A stretch of 61,960 nt of DNA, filler included, from Basidioascus undulatus (taxonomy: Eukaryota), in NCBI GenBank assembly GCA_000826855.1. It is 12 parts of 12 records of this genome, joined end to end, with 100 filler letters (N's around TTAATTAATTAA, not from the genome) between each part and the next. Parts side by side here need not be neighbours in the genome. Positions count along the whole stretch, not along the records: positions 1 to 24,201 come from JTLS01000244.1; 11 more parts are not named here. One strand, written 5' to 3'. The notes below the pieces were generated by a model that was not told the DNA's origin, did not search any database, and saw nothing but the letters and a program-made list of their open reading frames with translations. The position numbers were made by a program, and so were the translations under genes. Shown one piece after another: positions 10,718-22,634 of the stretch; positions within the stretch are counted from its first letter, which is position 1; each line of letters begins with the position of its first letter.

Positions 10718-13661
10718 TCACACGGCGGGTGGCGGGGCGTAGACGGTGTTCCACGAAAACGTCTGCTGTAGCGCGAGCAGTCGAGCGTGTCGCCGCTGCT
10801 GAGCGGGAGTGAACGTCAAGTGGAGAGAAACTGCAGGTATTCACATGAAAGTCAGATGAAATTGATGTGCAAGCATTAAAAGTGAAATGACGAACACGAC
10901 GACAGCTCATTCTGCAGGAACGCGAGGAGGGCAGAGCGCAGCGAGAGAGTGTGCGAATGTAAGTGCAGCTGATGATTGCGCGTGGCAAATTGATATCAAT
11001 GTCGAGTTCGAACTGTGGGAAAGGTAAAGGGCAACGTACCAATGGGCGAGGTGAGAGCGATGTTCACGCCGTACAAAAGCAATCTCGCACTCAACTGCGA
11101 GGAGATCGGATGAGACGGCGAAATGTCAGTGAAGGGCCGTATATACTGCAAAAAAGACTTAATGATCGGAATAGTGTCGGAAGAAGATGGTGATAGCACG
11201 TACAGGCATGTACTCCAGCTCGGCCAAGCCGCTGAGGAACTTCTCTGCAGCGTCTTGCGCGAAGTATGTCGTGAGGTCTTCGGCGTCCCGCATGGCTTTG
11301 GCAAGCATGAGTCGCGTCCTAAAAATCGCGCATATGTTAGTTCGGAAAGTCTCCGACGCTTGTTGAACAGTGGATTACGCACGCAAAGACATCCCCGAGG
11401 AGCATCCTCTTAGAGAACACGCACGCGCACCGAGCATGCCGTGTGGCGATCTCGCTTGCGACTCCGTCGAGTTCGAAGAGAATAGAGTGAGCTTGCGCCG
11501 CGCGCTCGGCCAGCGAGGGTGCGGTGGTGCGGAGCCGGAGAGCCGAGGCGAGAACAAGGGAGACACGATTGATGAGGGCCCAGATCGTCGACTTGCCGAC
11601 CTATGAAGGTGATGCCGTCAGCGAGAGGTCTATTTTGAACGCAAATGCGGACTCACCGAAGACCCTTTCCCCCTTCCGCGAAAGAGCGACTCTCCGTTGC
11701 AGAGGGCAGCGATGTTGGCCGGCTGTATCGCGTAGAGCTCCTCCGCGCGTGGAGGGGAAGGTTCGTCGGTCTCGTCGTCACCCGGGCAGTTGGCGAGATA
11801 CCGAACGGTAGATGCGACCGTGTTCCAGAGCAGTCTGCGATGCCGTTTGCGCGAAAATTTCAGCGGGCGACGCAAGGAAACTCGCTGAGATAAAGGGAAA
11901 TGGCAAAACGCACCGACGCGCCTGCTCCTTTCCTATCTCCGTATCGTGCGACTCGAGCCACCTGGGCATGCTGGCGAAAGTGGGAGTGTACCTGTTCCCC
12001 AGAGAGAGCATGTCGCAGTGGCACACCCCCTCATCGCCGCCGTTGGGCAGCGCCAACCCGGACGGTAAAGGCGTAGCCTCCGAGGGAGGATGATGGCCCT
12101 GCAGTGGCACTGCCGAGTCGCCGTAAAGCGTAACGCCTGAGCACTGTACGTCGACGTAACCGAGACCGCACGCTCGAACACGTCAATCCACCATCCTGAT
12201 CGTCCCCCCGCGCCCCCGTTCCGCAACCGCCGTATGTAGATCCAACACACCTGCGGCCTGGGCAACCTGTAGTCTGGCGCGTCCGCCAGAGACAAGCACG
12301 GTGAACTCGGTCTCAACGCGTGCGTGCGAGGTGAAACGGGCCTGGGTCGCGGGAGGTAACGGCGATACGGCCACGGATGGCGTAGACCAGCGCGGGAGAC
12401 GTTTGAGCGGGGAGGGAAGGGGTGCGAAGAGCGCGGAAGACGGAAGAAGGTCGGGGCGTGAAGTGTGAAGGCAAGGTTGGCATTGACCGTCCAGCCTTTC
12501 CAAATTTGTTGATTCAAAGAATCGACGCCGTATGACGGGAGACATTAGGTTGATGAGCACGGCGCGCGGAACTGCGAGAAAGAGGACAGATTGCAACGCA
12601 CGCAGCCACTGTATTCCCAGCACTTCCGAAGAACTCGTAGAGTAGATGGTCGTACCACGTTTCGCGTGCGTATTAGTTGTTCGGCAGGCGAAGAAGAATG
12701 GCGGAGGGAAAGGTTGAAGCGGTGGATGTCGAAGGAGTGGGAGGGGATGGTGGTCCGAGGGCGTGGGCGAGGGCGGAGTGGTACTTTGGTGTAAAGGCGG
12801 TGGAATGTGAGGTCGTAGCTGATGAGGCAGGTAGAGCTGCTGCAGTAGGGATGACGGGTATATCGGAGGATTGCTGAGTAGGCGTATCGGAGGAGCGTTC
12901 GGACGTGCCGACGAGAGCGGCGGGAGCGTTCGACGCGATCGAGGACGCAGTCGTTGAGTCGCACGCAGACGCGCCGGCTGTCACGTCACGTCTGAAGCCG
13001 GCGGTTCTCGTGGGGTGATAGCGGGCGTGCTGATACGAGTCGAAGCTCGTCGTGAGTAGGAAGAAAGGGAGGGAGAGGACGAGATGTTGGACGCTGGAGA
13101 GTGGGGCGAAGGAAGGCTGGTGGAGGCGGAGGTGGGGCCCGGAAGAGGTGTGCTAGTAAAGGGGGTTTAGACGGCTAAGTGCCGCATTGTGAACAAAACG
13201 TTAAGATCAATATCACGTCAACAACTTGTAACAGAACGTAGAACACTACTGACCTCCTTGCCTTTGCCGCTGCCTTCAACGCGCGCCTTGCCCTCCTCCC
13301 CCGACTGCCCTGGCTCCTCCGTCTTCTTCTTCCTTCGTACGCGAGTGCCCGGCGCGCGGTCGGGACCTCTCATCCGCAACTTCCCGTACACGCACTCGTC
13401 AGCGGCGCGCCCCTTGCGATCGCACCGCTTGCACGGGTGCCCGCCAGAGCAGGCCAGCTTCTGGCGCCGACACTCGGCGCACGCGACGTGCTGGCCCTTC
13501 GGGAGGCGGGACGTGTTGGGCGTTGGTGTCGGAGCAGGTGTGGATGGGTTTAGGGGATCTTGAGAAGGGAACTCGAGAATTGGAGGGTGAGAAGCAGTTG
13601 AAGAGCGGTGGGCGGACTCTGGAGCGAGGCGGTAAGGATGGTGCGTGCGGTGTGGCTGCAT
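10718..13661 (-). pseudogene. Zn(II)2Cys6 fungal transcription factor, disrupted downstream of the zinc cluster
   Basis: ACAECRRQKLACSGGHPCKRCDRKGRAADECVY. In-frame TAA at 12673-12675 in PNN*YARETWYDHLL; the middle region (FTLHAPTFF / SPALVYAI / LQVAQAAGVL) is split over three frames. 3' end approximate. Confidence 0.7.
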
Positions 13662-14646
13662 CTGTCGTCCACGTCCCCTAGCAAACGTTTCGGCAGGGCC
13701 GCTTGGTGACTGTCGTTTTGTGTAAGCTTCAGCGGTAGAATGTTGGTTTGGGAGCAAGTGAGGAGCGAGGGGTAAGTGCGGGAAGGAGCGAGCTGCGATG
13801 ATTGATCGGAGCTGCAGCTGCACGGTTCGAGAGAACGCCTCGATCACTCATGCTTCCTCTGGCTCTGTATACTCAGCAAAGCTACACCAGTTTCACTGGA
13901 TTTGTGAGAATTGTTTCTAGGACTCGAAGCTTCGTAGACCAAGCTGGACCGGACGACGCAGCGTCTGCCGACGGCTGAGTCGACGGCTGACAGGCCAGCT
14001 CTGGACGAGGACTGTCTCACTTTTCTCCATTCAAACCATGCTGAGCGGCAGGAGTGGCTTCCCTTCGGGTATAGACGGTTACGGAAGTCAAGTTATGAGA
14101 TTCCTTTGCGAAGGATGAAAGTGAGGAATACAAAATACGCCATGAGAGGTGGGTCGCTGCTCTTCGCCACTGCATTGTGCATTGCTGCGTGGAATGAATC
14201 CGCTCGCCGTTTGCAGCATGCTGAAGCATCACGAGGCCGCAGATACCGGCTGGAGCGTTGAAGGACGATACATGCCGTAGAAAGTTATGGTCGCCGTATC
14301 TTAAGATCAAGCACGCAGTGGCAAGGGCAGAGCAATACTTTAAGTACTTGCAGGCAACAACGGCCTGACGACGGACATCTGCGATCGCAACCATGCTGCA
14401 AGTACTTGTCGGCGGTACCTGACGCCCCTCACTTCAATAAAACATGCAAATGCGTTTTGAGAGAATGCGCACAAACCAGAGAAGTCCAGTGACCGTCACG
14501 CCTGTTCAGTATCGTGCAGCCGCTGCCCGCGTGGCAAGTGTGCAAACAACGAGCATCCGCGGCAGATGAGCAGCCTCGCCGCCATATCTCAGCAGAATAT
14601 ACATGGCGGAGGACAATGCAACTGAATTCCATGATAAAGACATCGT

Positions 14647-16831
14647 TCAAAGCCCTCTGTGCGCAACCGCTACTTTGAGCGCCTCCCACGCAGCCTCGAG
14701 TTTCTCCACCCTCCTGACCAGCTGCGCATCCACAGCCGTCTCCCGCGTCACCCTCCTCGCAGCCCTAACCCCCTTGGACACATTCCTCCACCCCACCCAG
14801 GTCCAAATGTTCGTGATGACCAAGAGTGCAACGAGGATGAGCAGGCCGAGCACAAAGGGGTTGCTCGGCGCTTCCATAAGCTCGGACATCAGCCTCTCGG
14901 GCAGCGGCGCCGCCTCATCCGCGGTCTCCTTCTCCTCCTCGAGCTCGTTGTCCGCTGCCCCTGCGGCTTCGGTCGACTCGAACTCGGCTGCATGCGCCCG
15001 GATGTGCGCGCGCACTGCACGGGCGAGGTCTTTGTGATACGACCGCTGGCCTTCGATCGCGGACTTGGTGATCACGCCTGTACACAAGGGGAAGTCAGAT
15101 GATTTCGTAAAACAAGAACCCAAAAGTCTAAGAAAACGACAAGCTGCGCACCTTTGAGCATAGACCTCCCTGTCCACTCGACTTGCGTCGAAACCAGCAC
15201 ACGGGTACCGCCTTTTGCTCCGCCCGCCCACGCAATCGCAGTCTTAGTGTGCACCTCGAACCTGCACTGAAAGTCAGTCTTTTTCAGTAAAGGTTCTGAT
15301 GAGAGAGCTGGGGTAAATGGTGCATGTCAGAACAGAAGGACGCACGCGTTGCCGCTGGGCACGTCCGGCGTCCGCGCGACAGTGAGAGTCTCGAAGTACG
15401 TCTCCGGGTCGACGTGGAGCTCCTCGTCCGTTATTTCGCACTTGGTTTGGGAGGGCCCGACCGGACCGGAAAGAGGTTTGATGTACCTGCACGCCAAAAC
15501 CATCCCAACAATCCAACAAGTCAGTAAGAGACTCGCAGGATGTGGGGACGGTATGAACAGAACCAACGGACGACATCGTGCGCTTTTTCATCTTGTCGCC
15601 AGTCCATTCGCCGACATCTAAGTCTGCAGAGAACTCAAAAACGTCAGCCGTGCGATAATAAAAGACCGCACCCTCCATCCTTGACAAAGATGTGTGAAGA
15701 CTCGCCTCGAAGTTTTTGATCCTTCTCCCAGAATTGCTTCATGAACGCGTCCGTCTTCCAGAGAAGCTCGAACACCCGCTCTGGCGTCGTAGGAAGATGA
15801 ACGTCCAGCACCACCTCCTCGAACGGCTCCGACTCGCACTGCGTCGCGGGGTGCCCATCGCCCGCCGTCGCCGTTGCCGGTTCGGCTTCGCTACGCCTCT
15901 TCTCCGCCTCGCCAGCGGGAACGGCGTCGCTCGTCGGGTCGAGCTGCGAAGCAGCGCTATACGCCTCGAACGCCTCGGGGTTCGCGTCCCGCCAGAGGTC
16001 CACCATGATGTCGTATGTCGCGTCTCGCGAAAGGAAGGAGGCGAAGAAGTGCTGTAGAAGACGGTGCATTACATCAGCGATGTGCAGCTTGACGGCAACC
16101 CACAACGACCGTACCTCTTTGTCCTCGTCGGTAAAGACGGTGATAGCATTTGGTATGACTAGAGCGGTCATAGACTTCTCGATGCGCTTGATGTTTTGGA
16201 ACGGGATGGAAAAGATCTTCTTGTAACCGAAGACGCTCGCGCGGAAGTTGAGGTGCTTCTGCGAGATGTACAGGCGACCTGCGAGGAGGACGGTCTCTTG
16301 ATACGCGCAGCTGTAGTCTGTTTGAACGTTTTACCTCACTTCAGTAAGGTACAGCAGGTGGTCAAGGCACCAACATACGGGTGACCAGTTGCTCGCCCGG
16401 TTCAATCGCGTCGTCGAAGTAGCGATGGAATAGGGCAAGCCGTTTCTCATCCGACTGTGAGATAGGAAAAAGATCAGCTTGGTAAACCAATGCCAAGAGA
16501 AACGTATTGATCCAGACACCGTCGATTCTGTTGTTTGTTGAGTCTCCGTCGTCTCCGTCGTCTCTACCGAACGGATGGAGGCCGCCTTCTCGGACGGCAC
16601 AGGGCTCTCGATCTTGTGACCCGAGCCCCTCGGCGTTGGCTCGGGGTCGTCGTATCCGGGCGAGGAATCTTTTGACGCGCACGCTTCCGCGGCGACGGCA
16701 GCTGCCGGCGTAAGCGCGCCGGTCGATGGGTCGTGGATCGAACTGTCGTCGAGAGGAACGGTTGTCGATCGAGGTGGCGTTCTGCTCTCGGACTGGGCGA
16801 AATGTTTGATCGTTTCGAAAATACCGGACAT
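14647..16831 (-). CDS. GRAM + VASt (StARkin) + transmembrane sterol transfer protein, LAM/Ltc family
   Basis: GRAM: YSCAYQETVLLAGRLYISQKHLNFRASVFG..IPNAITV..FFASFLSRDATYD. VASt: YIKPLSGPVGPSQTKCEI..RTPDVPSGNAFEV..VEWTGRSMLKGVI. C-terminal hydrophobic helix LGLLILVALLVITNIW. Confidence 0.92.
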
Positions 16832-18247
16832 TACTGTCAGTACGAGTGGTTTAGAAACGGTGAGTGGTAGTGAGAGTGAGCAATGAAGGGCAAAAGAGAA
16901 GGAGGGGAGGGAGATCGCAACTTCGCTGTAGGAGGAACCAGATGCCGTCATGCAAAGGCGTCGGTAGCTTCACGCACCACAGCGGCTTCGACCGGCCTGA
17001 AAAGGGAGATCCAGATTTTGTATGTACAAATGTGTACAATTTTACTATACATTTGCCAAGGTCACAGGGCAAAACCGAGATGTGAAGCTTGCAAGTCCAT
17101 CCGTCAAGCCGGTGTGCGGCGGTCCGTCGCCGATCATGGTGACCCAGCGATTCCACGCCATGCCCGGGTCTCTATGAATGACCCCATGGTGTATGAATCC
17201 GTTTGAGATCAATTTAATTCATAACTTCAATGGTTCCCTTAGGCAAGCTTTTCCTGGGCTGATGAGGATGCGACCATGACCCGCAACGAAGGCACGGCCA
17301 GCAGCTGTGCGTTCAAGTGGGCCATGGCGGTCCAGCTCAGGCTGCGTGAGAAGCACGAAGACGAAACTGTAACACTGCCTTCCACATTTTTAGTGCATTC
17401 CCCCCTCTTGGAAGACGAGCTTCGATACTTCATAAGGAAGGGCTCCTGCAGGTCCGGCACTTGCTTGACGGTACAGTGTACAGTTCACTTTGTGTACCTC
17501 TGAAGGATCTTCTCTCAAGGAATCCTGTATATTAGTTTTACTCTGATTGGGCCCTGCAGTCTGTCCAAGGTCCAACAAAAGCACAGCTCAGCTGGACGTC
17601 TCCTGGCCTCGCAGGTATTGCGGTGCGACTGAAAGCGTGCACACATGCGTCTTCAATAGACTCGTTAGTTAGACCCAAATAGCATTTCGATTCTCAGGAG
17701 ATACATACACAGGTTATCGAAAGGTAATATTTACATGTAAAGGTCCCTTTCATTCAACATGTCTTTGTTGTTCGGAGCGGTCGCATGACATCGCACTTCG
17801 CACCTCATGTCCGTCCTCAATGGACCTGAATAGAACGAATATTGGATAATGACATGCAATATTCCTCGTCAAACTCTGTACAGTCTTGCAATTAATGTCC
17901 CTCTCTATGAAAGCATACAACTCCAGGGTGAGCGTCTCGATTAAACAAAATGGGTCTCGCGTCCGCCCTTATTTGTCCGTCCTTCTCTTTGCAAATTTTT
18001 CACCCAGATACCAGATGGTTCTGCCCAAAGACACTCTCGATACACTTGACGGTCACAAGAAAAGCAGTTGGAATGTAAGATTGCCCCGCACACCCCAGCG
18101 AGGGCCCTTCATCAAGTAGGCAGTGTCGTGAATCAAGGCAGAGTGGAAATCAAAGCGCAAAAATACAACAACGTCGAAGCAAGCGCCCAAACAGGAAAGC
18201 AAGAAATAATCAAGAATGGACGACCAGAAACGACCCATCGTTTCTTC

Positions 18248-20236
18248 TCAGTCATTCCCCGTTAAGTCGATCACCGCAACCGGACGGGTGCGCGCTTCAG
18301 GCGGCGGCCTGTTCTCGTGCCCGTCCGTCGCCTTCCGCTTCTGGTCCGCGGCCGGGGCGCTACACGGCGACAATAGTGGCGGACAGAAAACCTGTGCGGG
18401 GGTAGATGCTGCTGCGGGTGCCGGAAGAGGGGGAAGGTGAGGGTAGCTGGTGGTGGGTGCCCGAGGGACTGCAGGGCTCGGGCGAGAGGTGGAAGCGGCG
18501 GCGGGGGCAGGAGCGGGGCGGCGGTCTGCGCGCACAAGGAGGTCATGATAATGCCGTACGTTCCCGCGTGCGCGATGAGTGTCCACGTCGCCGGGTCTGC
18601 GATGGAGTCCATGACCCTGAGCGCGCGCGTCCTGCGCTCCGTTCACGCCGTGTTCTCCTTCTCGTACCCCTGCGCGACGGTCTTCTGCAAAATGAGCGTC
18701 TGCGGCGTTGGACGGGTGCGGTGCGTGGGGACAGCGGCCTCCATCGAGGGCGGCGAGAGGAGGGCGGCGATGAGCGGCCGTGCGCGCTGCGAGCCCATGT
18801 ACATGTGCCTGGTCGACCTCGGATGGGCTCTGCAGGAAGCGGTTGAGCTCCAGGACGTCCTTCGGCGTGCTCGCCAGGCAGTGCCCGACGTTCGTGAGCG
18901 GCGGGAGGGCGAGCAAGCTCGGCTTGACGGACGGCGCGCAGAGGATGTGGGCGTTGCCGAGCGTGAACGTCTTGGTGAAGAGCTCGTTGAACGGTGCGCT
19001 CGCGGGCGACAGACCGCGCTGTGACAGTTGAAGTCGACCAGGAGCTGGAGGAGAAACTTGTTGACGCGGAGCTTCATGTCCGCGCCCGAAGCGACAAGGG
19101 CGCCGATGATTTGGGCCGCGAGCGCGGCGTTCCAGTCGAGGACGAGCTTGAAGAGCCCGACAAGGCAGGTGGCGTCGGTTTGGGGGCTCGGAGGCACCGG
19201 GAGCTGGTAGTAGTAAGGTTAGGCGGGAGCGGCGGGTTTCGCGCGCAGGAGGACGAGCGTAATGTTCTGGACCGTGCACGCGAGCAGAGTGTCGTACGTG
19301 CTCCCGAGCGCTGCATCGTTTTCGGGTGGCTCGGGCGCGAGGAGAGTGAGGAGGCGGACACAGAAGGCGGTGAGGGTGTACGTGCGCTCAAGGTGCGTCG
19401 GGAACCTGCCGAGCCGCAGCTTGTCAGAAACGCGCCTCACAGCCTTACTCAATTGAAGAAATAATACTGGCTCACCCTGCAAAGAACCCGTTCCCATACG
19501 CCTTCACCGCGTGTGCAAGGACGACGGCATCGTCGAGAACGGATGTCTTCTCGTCCCTCACGAGGTCCGCCAGTTGCGGGACGAGCACGCCCGCCCTCTT
19601 GCCCGCCCACTCACGCATCGCCGCGCTCCCTTCGTCCTTCACAAGTGCGTTGAGCATCTCGAACGTCGCATTGGATGACTGCTGGCGCGCGATGGCCTGC
19701 GCAAAGACGCGCTCGAATGGCGCGTCCGTGAGGGGCACGTTGCGGTTCTTGAGGAGCGTGTGAAGCTCGGCGGCGAACTTGTTGAGCAGGGCGCCACGCC
19801 CGCCGTCGAAGTGCCTGCCGAGCGGGTCCAGAGCCGCATCCTCGTCGGCGAGCGTCTGGTCGAGGACCTTGTTGACGAGGGTGTCGGCCAGCGCGCGACG
19901 GCGGTGCAGGATGACCCCTCCGCTACATCACTCATCTCGTCCTCGTCCTCGTCCTCGTCCTCCCCTTCCAGCTCAATCGGCCCCGTCTCGGGCCCCTCCC
20001 GAGCCGGAGCCCCCCGCCCCTCCCTCCTCTAGCCCTTCTTCTCCTTGCGTCTGTTCGCCGTCCTCTGCCGGCACCGCAGCGCCGGCACCCGCACCCGATT
20101 CCAACGCGGCAAGCACCTGCGCCCCAACTGCCGTGTCCAGCACGGGGGGCTTGGGCGCGTCGGCGGGCTCGGGCTTGACTGTTGGGGGTTACTCGGTCTT
20201 GATCAGTGTTGGAAGGGCGGGTCTTCGACTTTTCAT
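18248..20236 (-). pseudogene. Disrupted gene resembling the C-terminal half of fungal 2OG-Fe(II) oxygenase-like proteins
   Basis: In-frame stops TAA 20189-20191, TAA 19219-19221 and TGA 18643-18645, with frame switches near 20020, 19915, 19020, 18810 and 18520. Keeps LNRFLQSP..THRTRPTPQTLILQKT..YEKE and ends KRKA..VAVIDLTGND*. Confidence 0.75.
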
Positions 20237-20534
20237 CGTGTCGAATCAAGAAAGATGGGGGAGATGATGAGAGTGCAGGCGAGGAGACGCGGAAGAAACG
20301 CGTCAAGGGTGACAGTGACGCGTCAAGGGGGGACGGGAGAGCGCCAAATAAGTACTGTTGATGTTTGCCTGTTAGAATTATCGCTGTCAGGGCTTGAGAT
20401 CACAATGGTGACCAAACAATACGGCGAACAGTAGAAGTATCGATGATAGTGTCCGTTTGAGCGCCGTGAAGCAGTATGCAAGCGTCCATCTTTTGGACCA
20501 AGCTCATCCTCCCTCACCGAGCTGATCCCAATCC

Positions 20535-22232
20535 CTACTGCCCGCTCTCCCAAGCAGGAGGCACCCTCCTCCTCACCGCGTCGCCCTCCGCAGCGGGCGG
20601 GACCGGCCGCGCCTGATCGACCTTCGCCTCGATGCTGCCCGGAAGCTGCACCTCCGGCCCGACGCTCGACGTGCGCACGCCCACATCAGGGATGACCTCG
20701 TGCTGGACTTCGCCCGAGCGGACGGCGTGTTGGCGCTTCTCGAGGTCTGGAGGATAAGAAAGAAGAAGTGAGGATGAGATGGCAGGGAGTAAGTGGGTGA
20801 TAGGGGTGGAAGAGAGGATAGACGACATACCGAACGCCCACATCGCGCCCGCGATCTGGTTGGAGATGCTGAAGAACAGGCCAATGAAGGGTGCGCGCTC
20901 AAGCAGCGCAGCAACGAAACCGAACGCTGGATGTACCTCATTCGCTGTCAGCCAGATCGCAAGACCGGATACTGACGCGTCAGGATGTACCGCGGTAGTC
21001 GAACTTGCGCTCGGCGATGAAGAGCTCGACTTGCTGGGGAGTCATGTTCTTCGCCGTGAAGTACTGTCGCGAACCAACAATGAGCTGTGAATTGGGAAAC
21101 GCAGACGGTCCTAGGGAGAGAATTAGATGACGAACCGAGCGGTGCAGGTGGCGGGCCAATGTGAGCGAGCGGAGGGCGGCAGAGAAGACCAGCTGCGAGG
21201 GGAGCCAGCTTTGAGTAAGCATAACCTTGTAAGATACAAGGAAAGTAGCTCACGCCAATGCCGGGGATCACGTCGAGGGGTAAGAGAATGACTGGACAGA
21301 CGAAGTGACAACGTTCAGTGGGACGCTCCAACCTCAATGCCGAACTCCAATTGACACCTGAGCACTTTTCTATCCGTGCACCTGCGCACGCGCATCACCT
21401 CCATGTCACCCGAGGTGACAAAATACTCACACTTCGAAATCAGCGTCCCGACGATCCTGCTCCTCATCCGGCCCTCCAGCAAGCCCCTCCACCCCTTCTT
21501 CCTCCCATGCACCATCCACTCCGCCTCTTTCTTGACCAGCCTTCCTTTCAGCGTCGCATCGAGGTCGTACTCCTCGACGTAGGGACCCCAGAACTCCGCG
21601 GGCTTGTTCCGGCTCGCGACGGTCAGGCTGTACGCCAGCTTGCGCGCCTCGCGGAGCTTCGAGGAGAGGAAGAACTCGAGGATCTCCGTCGCTTGGGACG
21701 AGAGGAATATGGCCGCGGCGTCTTGGTGCGCAGGAGCGGGATAACGTAAGCTGCAAGTGGGACATGGAGAGAGTAGGAAGACGGACAGGTGGTGACGGGG
21801 ATGTTGAGCCCGAACACGTTCGACTCGCCCGCGTAGCGGATGACGGACGGGGAGTTGCGCAGGAAGAGCTCGACGAACCGCTTTTGCAGCGGCCAGGTGA
21901 GGAATGCCTAGACCGATGCGCGTTGAGCCCACTGCTACTCCAGCTCGGCCAGTCCGCACCCTGCTCACCCAAACTGAGAGCCATACGCGTCAGCACCACT
22001 CCCTCGAGCCAAAGAGCAAGTACACGCACGAGTAGCAGCAATTCCACCCCTGATCGCGCCTTTCCTACACAGATCCCTACGACGTCGACTCGGTGTGAGC
22101 GTGCACATCCCGATCCAGGACTGGACAGCGAGCGCCGCACCAGATCGGCTTGCGCACCGCGGGATCAGTCAGGAGCCGGTAGACCCCGACAACGGTATAC
22201 AGCGGAGCTGCATTCAGAAGCTCGACGGGCAT
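20535..22232 (-). CDS. EI24 / Rrt8-Lds family membrane protein
   Basis: MPVELLNAAPLYTVVGVYRLLTDP, TVASRNKPAEFWGPYVEE, LPLDVIPGIG, YFTAKNMT, FGFVAALLERAPFIGLFFSISNQIAGAMWAFDLEKRQH; includes a 5-nt exon. Confidence 0.8.
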
Positions 22233-22634
22233 GCCGAATCAGCAGCGAACGAGGTCGGTGTGAATTCGATGATGATGGTCGCGAGCCAAGAGGCTGTGCA
22301 GCTTCGTGCAGTCGCGCCTGGCTCGCTGCGAGGCGCGAAGACCCCGGAAGCGCGTTGCAGCGTGTCCCAAGCCTGCGGCTGCGACAGTGAGTTGTTTGCA
22401 GGTTTACTGAAAACCTGCTGAGAAATATTCATCGGACTCAATCAACCTAATTCTGAGCAGGGAATACAATGAAACGTAGCCGCGCCGCACCACCGACTGG
22501 ACGCCTGCCCACCGGCTTCACATTTTCACCCAAAGCCATTCCATCCACGCCGTCAAATCTATCCCGAACCCAACTAATGTATAGAGCGAGTCCCCTTCTA
22601 CTCCACAAATCCACTTGGCAGCGTTGAGGTCTAA

